21,469 bases of DNA from Chiloscyllium plagiosum (GCF_004010195.1 NC_057750.1:7223668-7245136); one strand, 5' to 3'; shown: positions 8,641 through 18,584, numbered from the stretch's first letter. Translations and numbers: made by a program. The notes: a model not told the origin generated them from the letters alone.

Positions 8641-9433
8641 CCCTGGGCCAAGTCAGAGACACCCTCTTTTAAGAAATCCCCACTCCTGGCTCTCCACGCT
8701 CCATAGTATTGCATCAATTTCGAAGACATGGAATGGAGTCCCAATGGGAAAATAACTCTGCGAATCCCTGCCTTAGGGGCCCCAGAAGACAATGGCAGAG
8801 CGACAGAAATTGGGGCAAATTGGGAAGAAGAACCCTACTTAACGACCAAGCACGGGATTAGGGTAATGGGTTAAGTACAAGTCTGTGATTGAATGAATCA
8901 GTTGCAGGGTCACTAGATCAGGCTGCTGGGGCTGTGTGTGTGACCTATGGGCATGTGGTTTGAGATGTGAGTGGAAGAGGAAGCTATGGAATGCTTGCTT
9001 TGCAAAAAGGATGTGCCCCATCATCAAAACCAGTCCCATGACACGCAAGGGGAAGTAGCCTCAGGTCTGAGAAACTGGGGAGACATTTTAAAACACAAAC
9101 TGACTCACAAGTTCGCGAATTCACACACGAAATTTGTTTTCAAAATCAAGAGCAAATCTGTGAGGAGTTGGCAGCTGGAAATCACAGAAGTGCTATAGGG
9201 GAGATGTTGTGAAACTTGAAAGGGTTCAGAAAAGATTTACAAGGATGTTGCCAGGATTGGAGGGTTTGGGCTACAGGGGGAAGCTGAACAGGCTGGGACT
9301 GTTTTCCCTGGAGCATCGGAAGCTGAGGGGTGACCTTATAGAGGTTTACAAAATCATGAGGGGCATGGATAGGGTCAATAGACAAAGTCTTTTCCCCATG
9401 GTAGGAGAGTCCAAAATGAGAGGGCACAGCTTA

Positions 9434-10040
9434 GCAATTTTTGAGAAGATTTGTAGCTCAGGTTGATGGTAGGTCTGTACGCTAGCTCGCTGAACTGGAA
9501 GGTTTGTTTTCAGACATTTCATCACCATGACTGGATGACATCATCAGTGAGAGTCTCTGGTGAAGCACTGGTGGTATGTCCCGCCTCTCTATTTATAGGT
9601 CTTGGTTTCTTAAGGTGGGTGTTATCATTTCAGGTTCTTTCTTTCAAGTGAAGGTCGATGGGATCTAAGTTGATGTGTTTATTGATGGAGTTCTGGTTGG
9701 AAAGCCGTGCCTCTAAACATTTCCGTGTGTGGCTTTGTTTTGCCTGTCCTAGGATGTGTATGTTGTCCCAGTCAAAGTAGTGTCCTTCTTCGTCTGTATG
9801 TATGGAAACTAGTGAGAGTGGGTCACATCTTTTAGTGGCCAGTTGGTGTTCATGTACCTGGTGGCAAGTTTCCTGCTAGTTTGCCTGATGTAGTGTTTTT
9901 AACCATTCTTGCATGGTATCTTGTAAATGGCATTAGTTTTGCTGATGGCATCTAATGGATCCTTAGGTTCATTAGTCGTTGTTTAACTCTGTTGGTGGGT
10001 TTGTGGGCTACCATGATGCCAAGGGGTCTGAGTAGTCTGG
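9434..10040 (-). mobile_element. Penelope/Poseidon-like element 3' portion: GIY-YIG pseudogene plus terminal repeat (family D)
   Basis: Minus strand RLLRPLGIMVAHKPTN...KTNAIYKIPCKNG*KHYIRQTSRKLATR..HEHQ...GHYFDWDNIHILGQ...LEA...NSINKHI with frameshifts. Confidence 0.88.
9510..9550 (-). ncRNA. Minimal hammerhead ribozyme motif (family D)
   Basis: tca-CTGATGA-t-GTCATC cagtcat GGTGAT-GAAA-tGTC-tga; helix I tca/tga; helix II with G-U pairs. Confidence 0.68.
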
Positions 10041-10284
10041 AAGTCTAAGATGAGAGGGGAAAGATTTCAAAGGGACCTAAAGGGCAAGTTTTTCACACAG
10101 AGAGTGGTCCGTGTATGGAATGAGCTGCCAGAGGAAGTGGTGGAGGCTGGTACAATTACAGCATTTAAAAGGCATCTGGATGGGTATATGAACAGGAAGG
10201 GTCTGGAGGGATATGTGCCAAGTGCTGACAAATGGGACTGGATTAATGTAGAATATCTAGTCAGCATGGACGAGTTGGACCAAA

Positions 10285-10398
10285 GGAGAAGCGTTCCGAA
10301 AGCTAGTGCTTCCAAATAAACCTGTTGGACTATAACCTGGTGCTGTGTGATTTTTAACTTTGCACACCCCAGTCCAACACCAGCTCCTCCACAACATC
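10285..10398 (+). mobile_element. PLE family B terminal repeat, 5'-truncated at ribozyme helix II
   Basis: ggagaagcgttccGAAAgcTAgtgcttccaaataaacctgttggactataacc...; reverse complement of 11506-11620. Confidence 0.8.
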
Positions 10399-10568
10399 TC
10401 TGAGAGAAGACATTTTTATTTGTTTCTCTTATTTTCAACATACAAACACCCCAGGTGCAGAAACAACCCCTCAGCGTTTACGTTGTCAACCTCCCCTTAA
10501 AATTTGCTATTTTTTAAAATAAAGAGTTAAGGTTTTGAGAGGATGTTAAATAATTGGACAATTTCCAG

Positions 10569-10668
10569 ATCCAAAGATAAAGGTCACTGGACGCAAACCT
10601 TTAATTCTGTTTCTAGCTCAATCAATGCTGCCAGACATGTCGAGTTTCTCCAGCAATTTCTGTGTCAG
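10569..10668 (+). mobile_element. PLE family C terminal repeat, degenerate
   Basis: aaggtcactggacgcaaac...atgctgccagac...ccagcaatttctgt is the reverse-complement homolog of 11366-11465. Confidence 0.65.
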
Positions 10669-11000
10669 ATTTACCGGGATGTTGCCTGGCCTGGAGAGTT
10701 TTGTTTATGAAGCGATGTTGGACAGAATGGGGTTGTTTTCCTGGGAAAAGAGAGGGTGGGGGGAACATGACTTGGATTTTAAAAAATGATGAGGGGCATA
10801 GATAGGGTAGACAGGAAGACACTTTTTCCCTTGATGGAGAGAAATGATCGGGGGGGGGGTGGTTTAGATTGAAGGTGGGAGGTTTAGTGGGGATGTGAGA
10901 AGGATGTTTCTTTTCCCTGAGAGAGCGGTGGAAATTTGTAACACACTGCCTGACAGGGGTAGTAGATGCAAAAAACCCCTGATTATATTTAAGAAGAATT
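10667..11000 (+). mobile_element. Older CR1 3' fragment
   Basis: RFTGMLPGLESFVYEAMLDRMGLFSW. Confidence 0.8.
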
Positions 11001-11002
11001 TC

Positions 11003-11250
11003 GGGAGGCAATGGCCTAGTGGTATTATCGCTGGACTTTGAATCCAGAGACCCAACTAATGTTCAGGGCAGCTTCGGTTCCAATCCCATCATGGCAGATG
11101 CTGGAATTTGAATTCAATAATAAATCTGGAATTAAATGTCTAATAATGACCATGAATCCACTGTCAGAAAGTCATATCTGGTTCACTAATGTCCTTTAGG
11201 GAAGGAAACTGCCATCCTTACCTGGTCTGGGCCTACATGTGACTCCAGAC
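11003..11250 (+). mobile_element. SINE type B
   Basis: A box tggcctagtgg, B box ggttccaatcc, conserved body. Confidence 0.85.
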
Positions 11251-11365
11251 CAGGAGTCACACAGCACAGACACAGACCCTTCAGTCCAACCAGTCCATGC
11301 TGACCATAATCTCAAACTAAACTAGTCCCACTTTCCTGCATTTGGCCCACATCCCTCTAAACCTT

Positions 11366-11465
11366 AAACAGAAACAGAAATTGCTTGAAAAGCTCAGTAG
11401 GTCTGGCAGCATCTGTGGAGAGAAATCAAAGTTAATGATTCAAGTCCAGTGACCCTTCCTCAGAA
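11366..11465 (-). mobile_element. PLE family C terminal-repeat insert with decayed hammerhead
   Basis: Minus strand gtt-CTGAGGA-a-gggtc actg gactt-GAAT-caTT-aac; TSD c(t/c)aaacctt at 11357-11365 and 11466-11474. Confidence 0.75.
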
Positions 11466-11505
11466 CCAAACCTTTCCTATTCATGAACATATCCAAATGT
11501 CACTT

Positions 11506-11688
11506 ATGATTTGGAGATGCTGGTGTTGGACTGGGGTGGACAAAGTTAAAAATCACACAATACCAGGTTATAGTCCAACAGGTTTAATTGGAAGCACTAG
11601 CTTTTGGAGAGCTGCTCCCTCATCCACCTGATGAAGGAGTGGCGCTCCGAAAGCTAGTGTGCTTCTAATTGCACCTGTTGGACTATAA
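11506..11688 (-). mobile_element. PLE family B hairpin insert
   Basis: Arms 11566-11624 and ~11630-11690 inverted; unpaired tail 11506-11565; TSD ccaaatgtca(c/t)tt at 11493-11505 and 11689-11701. Confidence 0.85.
11625..11659 (+). ncRNA. Minimal type-I hammerhead ribozyme motif (family B), intact
   Basis: CAC-CTGATGA-a-GGAG tggcg CTCC-GAAA-gCTA-GTG; helix I CAC/GTG; palindromic AGCT; predicted cut after CUA at 11656. Confidence 0.8.
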
Positions 11689-12235
11689 CCAAATGTCATT
11701 TAAACGTTGTAACTGTACCCGCATCCAACACTTCCCTCAGGAAGTTCATTCCACACATAAACCACCCCCTGCGTGAAAAAGTTACCCCTCAGGTCCCTTT
11801 TAAACCTCTCTCCTCTCACCACAAGAATATGCCCTCTAGTTTTGGAACACCCCACCCAAGGGAAAAGACCTTTGCTCTTCACTTCATCCATGCCCCTCAT
11901 GATTTCATAAACATCTATAAGGTCACCCCCAACCTCCTACACTTCAGAGAAAAAAGTTCCACCCTATCCAGCTTCTCCTTTCCACTCAAGCCCACCTGTC
12001 TCAGCAACATCCTGGTAAATCTTTTCTGAATCTTCCCCAGTTTAATAATCTCCTTCCTATAACAGGGAGACCAGAACTGGACACAGTTCTCCAGAAGAGA
12101 CCTCACCAACATCCTGTACAACCTCAATATAACTTCCCAACTCTTATACTCAACGGTTTGAAGACAAGCATATTGAACACCTTCTTAACCACCCTGCCTT
12201 CCTGTGACATGATTTTCAAAAAACTATGTACCTTT

Positions 12236-12554
12236 GGGCTGCACGGTGGCTCAGTGGTTAGCACTGCTGCCTCACAGCACCAGGGCCCCAGGTTCCATTG
12301 CAGCCTCGGGCGACTGTCTGTGTGAAGTTTGCACATTCTCCCCGTGTCTGTGTGGGTTTCCTCCGGGTGTCCCAGTTTTTCCCACAATCCAAAGATGTGC
12401 AGGTTAGGGTGAACTGGCCATGCTAATTTGCCCATAGTGCATTAGTCAGAGGGAAATGGGTCTGGGTAGGTTACTCTTCGGAGGGTCGGTGTGGACTGGT
12501 TGGGCTGAAGGGCTTGTTTCTACACTGTAGGGAATCTATTCTAATCTAATCTAA
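12236..12554 (+). mobile_element. HE1-type V-SINE, near full length
   Basis: tRNA head, V-domain, HER1-like tail ending (ctaat)n. Confidence 0.93.
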
Positions 12555-13030
12555 ACCCCTAGATCTCTCTGTTCTACAACATTACCCAGGGCCCTACCAG
12601 TAACTGTGTAATAACCCTTTGCTTGTTTTACCAAAATGCAGCACCTCACATTTATCCAAATTAAACTCCATCTGCCACTCCTCAGCCCATTGGCCCAATT
12701 GATCAAGATACCTTTGGAATCTTAGATAACCTTCTTCACTGTTCACTATACCCACCAATTTTGGTCTCATCTGCAAACTTACTAACCATACCTCCTAAAT
12801 TCTCATCCAAATCGTTTATATAAATGAGAAGCAACAGTGGACCCAGCACCGATCCCTGCGGAGCACCTCTGGTCACAGGCCTCCAGTCTGAAAAACAACC
12901 CTCCACCACCACCCTCTGGCTCCGAAAGTCAAGCCAATTTTGAATCCAACTGGCAAGCTCTTTCTGAATCCCATGTGATCTAACACTACTAATTAGTCTA
13001 CCATGCAGAACTCGTCAAAGGCTTCACCAA

Positions 13031-13362
13031 ACATAGAACATAGAGCAGCACAGCACAGGAACAGGCCCTTCGGCCCACAATATTGTACTAGACATGATGC
13101 CAAATTAAACTAAGCCCTTCTGCCTGCCTTTGATCCATAACCCTCCATTCCTTGCTTATTCATGTGCTTATCTAAAACCCCCTTAAATGCCCCTATCATA
13201 TCTGCCTCCCCTAACACCCCCTGGCAACGAGTTCCAGGCACCCACCACTCTCTGTGTAAAACTCTTGCCCCTCACAAATCCGTTGAACTTTCCCCCGTAA
13301 ATGTGTGCCCTCAAGTATGAGACATGTCAACTCTGGGGGAAAAGATTCTGAATGTCAATCCT
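13031..13362 (-). mobile_element. CR1 3' end of a different subfamily nested in the host CR1
   Basis: FTQRVVGAWNSLPGGV..ADMIGAFKG; tail gggcctgttcctgtgctgtgctgctctatgttctatg. Confidence 0.85.
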
Positions 13363-13543
13363 CAAATCCATGTAGACAATGTCTAGTGCTCTTCCCTGCC
13401 CCCTGATGCCAAGGGGATGGAGAATGTCCTGGAAAAAGGGGCTAGAATAGTTAGGTTGTGACTGGTGCAGACTCGACGGGCCATTCTCCGAGCAACAGAC
13501 CTCCACGAGAAACATTCTTGAAACATGCTGCCCTGTCCAATCT

Positions 13544-13824
13544 GCCCTACCAGTAACTGTGTAATAACCCCTTGCTTGTTTTGCCAAAATGCAGCACCTC
13601 ACATTTATCCAAATTAAACTCCATCTGCCACTCCTCAGCCCATTGGCCCAATTGATCAAGATACCTTTGGAATCTTAGATACCCTTCTTCACTGTTCACT
13701 ATACCCACCAATTTTGGTCTCATCTGCAAACTTACTAACCATACCTCCTAAATTCTCATCCAAATCGTTTATATAAATGACAAGCAACAGTGGACCCAGT
13801 ACCGATCCCTGCGGAGCACCTCTG
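13544..13824 (-). repeat. 281-bp direct duplicate of CR1 segment 12591-12871
   Basis: About 5 substitutions by eye; identical 60-aa ORFs in the track. Confidence 0.92.
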
Positions 13825-14295
13825 TCTGCGTCAGACAGCAGCGATAAATCAGGTGGAATGTGGGTGGCCCCTACACCTGCAGTAGCACCCAGCATTGTGA
13901 CTTCATATCACTGAGCTCAGAGGCAGAATGACTCATTAACGTCTCACCGCAATTCTGAGAGAAAGAGAGAGGGAGAGTGGAGGTTGAGGCTGGTTTGATC
14001 GCGCAGATGAACTGGAACCAAAGGCTTACCCTCCCCTGGTCCACAGCTACACCAAACCCTGAAGGACGGAGATGAATGAGCAAAGACAGAGTTCTTCTGC
14101 AAGTACTGCATGAGCAAGCCTTATAATGAGTCTTTTAACGCGTTCTCAGGCGACAGGGTGACAGAGGTGCTGACTGATTACCAGAAATAGAAAAACAATG
14201 ACAAATGGTAATTTCTAAAACTATTACCTCAACACATTACTGGATTTGGGTTAAATAATAAAGGAACTAGTATTTGATTGGATCCTCTCTCCTCT

Positions 14296-14385
14296 TAGAG
14301 TCATATAGCACGGAAGCAGACCCTTCGGCTGAATGTGTCTGTGCTGACTAATGCCACCATAGAGTCATACAGCACGGAAACTGCG
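14296..14385 (-). mobile_element. Two short CR1 tail fragments
   Basis: tagagtcatatagcacggaagcagacccttcgg and atagagtcatacagcacggaaac. Confidence 0.65.
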
Positions 14386-14409
14386 GCCAAAGTCATCCAT
14401 AGTGATTAG

Positions 14410-14895
14410 AATGGGGGACTCAATCACGAGGGGTCATGAGTTGAAGGTGAGAGGGGAAAGGTTTAAGGGAGATATGTGTGGAATGTTCTTTACGCAGAGG
14501 GTGGTGGGACCTGGAACACGTTGCCAGCAGAGGTGGTAGAGGCAGGCACGATAGCGTAATTTAAGATGCATCTAGACAGATACATGAAAGGGCAGGGAGC
14601 AGAGGGCGAGGGGTCATGAGTTGAAGGTGAGAGGGGAAAGGTTTAAGGGAGATATGCGTGGAATGTTCTTTACGCAGAGGGTGGTGGGTACCTGGAACAC
14701 GTTGCCAGCAGAGGTGGTAGAGGCAGGCACGATAGCGTCATTTAAGATGCATCTAGACAGATACATGAAAGGGCAGGGAGCAGAGGGATACAGATCCTTA
14801 GAAAATAGGCGACAGGTTTAGATAGAGGATCTGGATCGACACAGGCTTGGAGGGCCGAAGGGCCTGTTCCTGTGCTGTAATTTTCTTTGTTCGTT
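14410..14895 (+). mobile_element. CR1 3' end containing a 180-bp tandem duplication (14427-14606 / 14607-14787)
   Basis: KVRGERFKGDMRGMFFTQRVVGTWNTLP twice; tail gaagggcctgttcctgtgctgtaa. Confidence 0.92.
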
Positions 14896-15109
14896 GTTTC
14901 CTAAACTGCACCGTCCCGTTTGCTTGTGTTAAGAGCTCACAGCACATTTTTGAAGTGGCCCCATTTTTAGGAGACAGGGAAACCTTCTCGAGACCTGTAA
15001 CCTTAAAGGCAGGGTGACTTCGAGAGCTCTGTGACCTTCACCACAAATTAGAACAGGGAGCCTTGTCCCAAAACCCACTCCCAACATGAACCCCATGAAG
15101 TAGACACCA

Positions 15110-15380
15110 AGACGATTTGAGGAAAAGTCTCTTCACCCAGAGGTGGGGAGGGGGTGGGGGAGTGGGTGGGGAACGTGAACAGGGTCTGGAATGCCCTCCC
15201 TGGGAGGGTAGTTGAGGAGGGAAACCTCACAACCTTTAAAAACTACTTGGATGAGCTCTCAAAGCATTATAGCATTCAAGGCTGCGAGCCGAGTGCGGAA
15301 AAAGCAGGACTACTGCAGACTTAATGCATCTTTGGCTTGATGGGCCGAAGGGCCTCTCGGTGCTGGTCGATTCGATGATC
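15110..15380 (+). mobile_element. Older CR1 3' fragment
   Basis: FTQR...VWNALPGRVVEEGNLTTFKNYLDE; tail gatgggccgaagggcct. Confidence 0.8.
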
Positions 15381-15407
15381 TGCACTCCCCCCGACCCTCA
15401 TGAGCAC

Positions 15408-15425
15408 AGGTTGCTATGGCAACCT
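15408..15425. promoter_or_regulatory. Candidate RFX X-box palindrome
   Basis: AG-GTTGCTATGGCAAC-CT, one mismatch from the GTTGCCATGGCAAC consensus. Confidence 0.5.
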
Positions 15426-15599
15426 AGATATTCACCGGAGCATTAAGCTAAGGGATGTGGATACGACTCTCAAATTTCTTTCATACCCACAACCACCCAG
15501 GAATCTCTCCCCCTTTTACCGTCTGCCATTGGCGGGTGTTGGAGGTTGAAGCTAAACCCTGTCTGGACCTTCCCTGACCAACAAGTCCCAAGGTTCTTG

Positions 15600-15960
15600 G
15601 CTTAGAGGCTGTCCCACAATCCACTGCTCCAACTGGCGACCATTTTGTTTACAACGAGACACCATGGGCAACAATGAGGTGAGAGGCTGGAATGGCTTTC
15701 CATTGGAGAGAGGCTAGGAGGTGAAGTAGGCTCAATATATGGGAGAAGATTTGGCAACGTCAGGTCAGAGAAAGCCCCTGAGGAAGGGTGGGATACCATG
15801 GAGGTCTTTTATTTCCAAGGATGAGAATTTTGAAACCAATGTTCTGAAGGGGTCAATGAGAGGTGATGGGGAAGGATGTCACTGGTGCTAAGAACAAGCT
15901 GTAGGACAGAGGATGGTACATTAGGAACTTGTTGATGTGTCCAGAGTTAATCTACACTGA
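15600..15960 (-). mobile_element. Old L2-like fragment
   Basis: ccatggagg...caaggatgagaattttgaaa...gtcaatg...ggtgatggg resembles shark L2 ORF2 3' region (recalled). Confidence 0.45.
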
Positions 15961-16064
15961 CTTTTGAGTAGCACTTCGGGAAAGCGTCTGGGGGTCAAAC
16001 AGGCCATTTACATGGTGAGGAAGAACAGCTTTAATATACTCTCACTGCGCCCCTTAAGTCTATT

Positions 16065-16397
16065 TTATATCTTTCCCCTCTCACCCTAAACCTATGCCCT
16101 CTAGTTCTGAACTCCCCAACCCAGGTAAAAGACCTTGGCTATTTACCCTATCCATGCCCCTCATGATTTTATAAACCTCTATAAGGTTACCCCTCAGCCT
16201 CCAACGCTCCAGGGAAAACAGCCCCAGCCTGTTCAGTCTCTCCCTGTAGCTCAAATCCTCTAACCCTGGCAACATCCTTGTAAATCTTTTCTGAACCCTT
16301 TCAAATTTCTAACAGGAGGGAAATGAGAATTGCACACAATATTCCAAAAGTGGCCTAACCAATGTCCTGTACAGCCGTAACATGACCTCCCAACTCC
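16065..16397 (-). mobile_element. CR1/HER1 fragment
   Basis: MLPGLEDLSYRERLNRLGLFSLERWRLRGNLIEVYKIMRGMDRV. Confidence 0.9.
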
Positions 16398-16909
16398 CAG
16401 TAATTGTCCAGAAGTTGACCATAAGCTGGTGATGTCCCAAACAGATTAAAAGGAGGGTGAACATTGAAACTTTGAGACACACCGTTATGACTGTGGTCAG
16501 AGAATCTCCCTAGATCCCCGTGGGACTTGAGGGGAAATTATTCTCCTGTTGTAAGTCATTTTAATTAGTTCTGTTTAAAAGAAACAATCATCATGAGACT
16601 GATGGCAGTGACTGAAGTGCACCTGGAAATCCCACAAACTGTCCCTTCGTAAGGAATTAGAGACGTCATTGTGGTGCAGTTTCTGTTGAATAAAGTATAT
16701 GTTTGAAAGAAGCTTCTGTTACAAACACAGGATGCCACCTCCAGCTTCTGTGTTTGAATGTTCTCTCTCTTCCCTTCTTCAAAGCACTGAGACTTACAGC
16801 CCACCCCCTCCCTGCACCATCTCTCTGGGCAAACGGAGGCATCCAGGCTGACTGAGACAGCACAGTATCACAGTGTGGCCTGGTTACATCTGCACTCATT
16901 GTGCACTCA

Positions 16910-17775
16910 CTGTCTCTCTCTCTCTCACGCACACGCACACACACATACACACACACACACTCACATACACACACTCCTTTGTACTCATACACACACATAC
17001 ACTCATTTGCACTCACACACACACTCATACACACACACACACTCATACACACAAACACACTCACACTCACATATACACATGCTCACTCGCATANNNNNNN
17101 NNNNNNNNNNNNNNNNNNNNNNNNNNNNNNNNNNNNNNNNNNNNNNNNNNNNNNNNNNNNNNNNNNNNNNNNNNNNNNNNNNNNNNNNNNNNNNNNNNNN
17201 NNNNNNNNNNNNNNNNNNNNNNNNNNNNNNNNNNNNNNNNNNNNNNNNNNNNNNNNNNNNNNNNNNNNNNNNNNNNNNNNNNNNNNNNNNNNNNNNNNNN
17301 NNNNNNNNNNNNNNNNNNNNNNNNNNNNNNNNNNNNNNNNNNNNNNNNNNNNNNNNNNNNNNNNNNNNNNNNNNNNNNNNNNNNNNNNNNNNNNNNNNNN
17401 NNNNNNNNNNNNNNNNNNNNNNNNNNNNNNNNNNNNNNNNNNNNNNNNNNNNNNNNNNNNNNNNNNNNNNNNNNNNNNNNNNNNNNNTCACACTCACACA
17501 AACACACGTACTCATTCTCATACACACACAAACTCACATATACACACACAACCACACATTCACTCACTCACTTACACGCTCACAGACACACACACACTCA
17601 CACACATGCACATACACGCACACAAAACATACTACACACACATACACACACAACATGCACCACCACATACAAATAGATACACACACAGATACATATAGAC
17701 ACACACACCCCATACACAAAACATAAAACAACACAAATATAGACATATATAATCCACACACACACAAAACACATT
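16910..17775. repeat. Degenerate (CA)n tract spanning assembly gap 17094-17487
   Basis: CA/CT/TA dinucleotide repeats on both sides of the N run. Confidence 0.95.
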
Positions 17776-17787
17776 AACACGTAGAAA

Positions 17788-17997
17788 AGTATGGAAAGAG
17801 CTGCCAGAGGAAGTGATGGGGGCTGGTACAATTACAGCATTTAAAAGGCATCTAGATGAGTGTATGATTAGGAAGGGTTTAGAGGGATATGGGCCAAGTG
17901 CTGGCAAATGGGACAAGATTAACTTAGAATAACTGGTTGGTATGGACAAGTTGGACTGAGGGTCTGTTTCCGTGCTGTGTATCTCCATGACTCTACA
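17788..17997 (+). mobile_element. CR1/HER1 3' end
   Basis: WKELPEEVMGAGTITAFKRHLDE; tail tctccatgactcta. Confidence 0.9.
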
Positions 17998-18009
17998 GCC
18001 CTAAGTATA

Positions 18010-18065
18010 GAGAGACACACACACACACAGACACAGACACAGACACAGACACAGACACACACACA
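18010..18065. repeat. (CA)n/(GACACA)n microsatellite
   Basis: Direct reading. Confidence 0.95.
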
Positions 18066-18101
18066 TGAATCCCACCAGCAAATAACAAAATGTAAAAGGG
18101 A

Positions 18102-18425
18102 AACGCCTTGCATTTATGTGACCCCACAGTGTCAGTTTGCTTAGTCACCAGTGAAGCACTGAATCACTGTTTCAGCGAGGGCAATACTGCAGCCAACCTT
18201 CCAACGCACAGCAAGATCCCACATCAGTGTCATAAGAGTATAAGAGTCCGCCTTTATGTGGTGTCCGCTGAGGGGATTGGTATTGACTGGATCAACTGGA
18301 GAGAATAGCCCTACTCCTTTCTCGTGGTCATGGGATCTCTTACATCTGGACAGAGCCTCACCACCTCTGCAAATCCCTCTTCCGGGACGTGGTGCCTCTG
18401 ACAGTGTCGCACCCCTTCAGGCCTG
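18102..18425 (-). mobile_element. Deu-domain SINE (SacSINE1/AmnSINE1-related), old
   Basis: gcagccaa...gcacagcaagatcccaca...tgagggg...catgggatctcttacatc...gcctctgacagtgtcgcaccccttcag matches recalled reverse-strand DeuSINE blocks. Confidence 0.7.
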
Positions 18426-18584
18426 ATCCCTACCTCGTACCCTCTCCCTTTTACCCCCGCACCGAGTCCACAGAGGTGGTCAGAATGTAATCCCGAAAAG
18501 GCCAACCTGATTCCAGAGCCCGGAAACCAGTGATCGAACTTAAATTCAATCAAAACCTTCAAATACAGTCTCAGCAACATCAAA

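Larger units (their letters stand above)
9195..10285 (+). mobile_element. CR1/HER1 3' region split by a PLE (parts 9195-9433 and ~10042-10285)
   Basis: KLERVQKRFTRMLPGLEGLGY...RGDLIEVYKIMRG...RGHS | MRGERFQRDLKGKFFTQRVVRVWNELP. Confidence 0.92.
11254..13395 (-). mobile_element. CR1/HER1 RT pseudogene with four nested insertions
   Basis: GRALDIVYMD|FGEAFD...[35 protein letters not shown]...WAEEWQMEFNLDKCEVLHFG...LVRSLLENCVQFWSP...VWNELP; tail near 11254. Confidence 0.92.

Noticed and set aside
12236..12310. tRNA genes at SINE heads
   Set aside because: A and B boxes continue into SINE bodies; no proper cloverleaf or terminator
16869..16907. CACAGTG heptamer as a V(D)J recombination signal
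   Set aside because: No ACAAAAACC-like nonamer at 12 or 23 nt, and no V/D/J coding segment nearby
16873..17726. His/Thr-rich ORFs
   Set aside because: (CA)n repeat plus N gap
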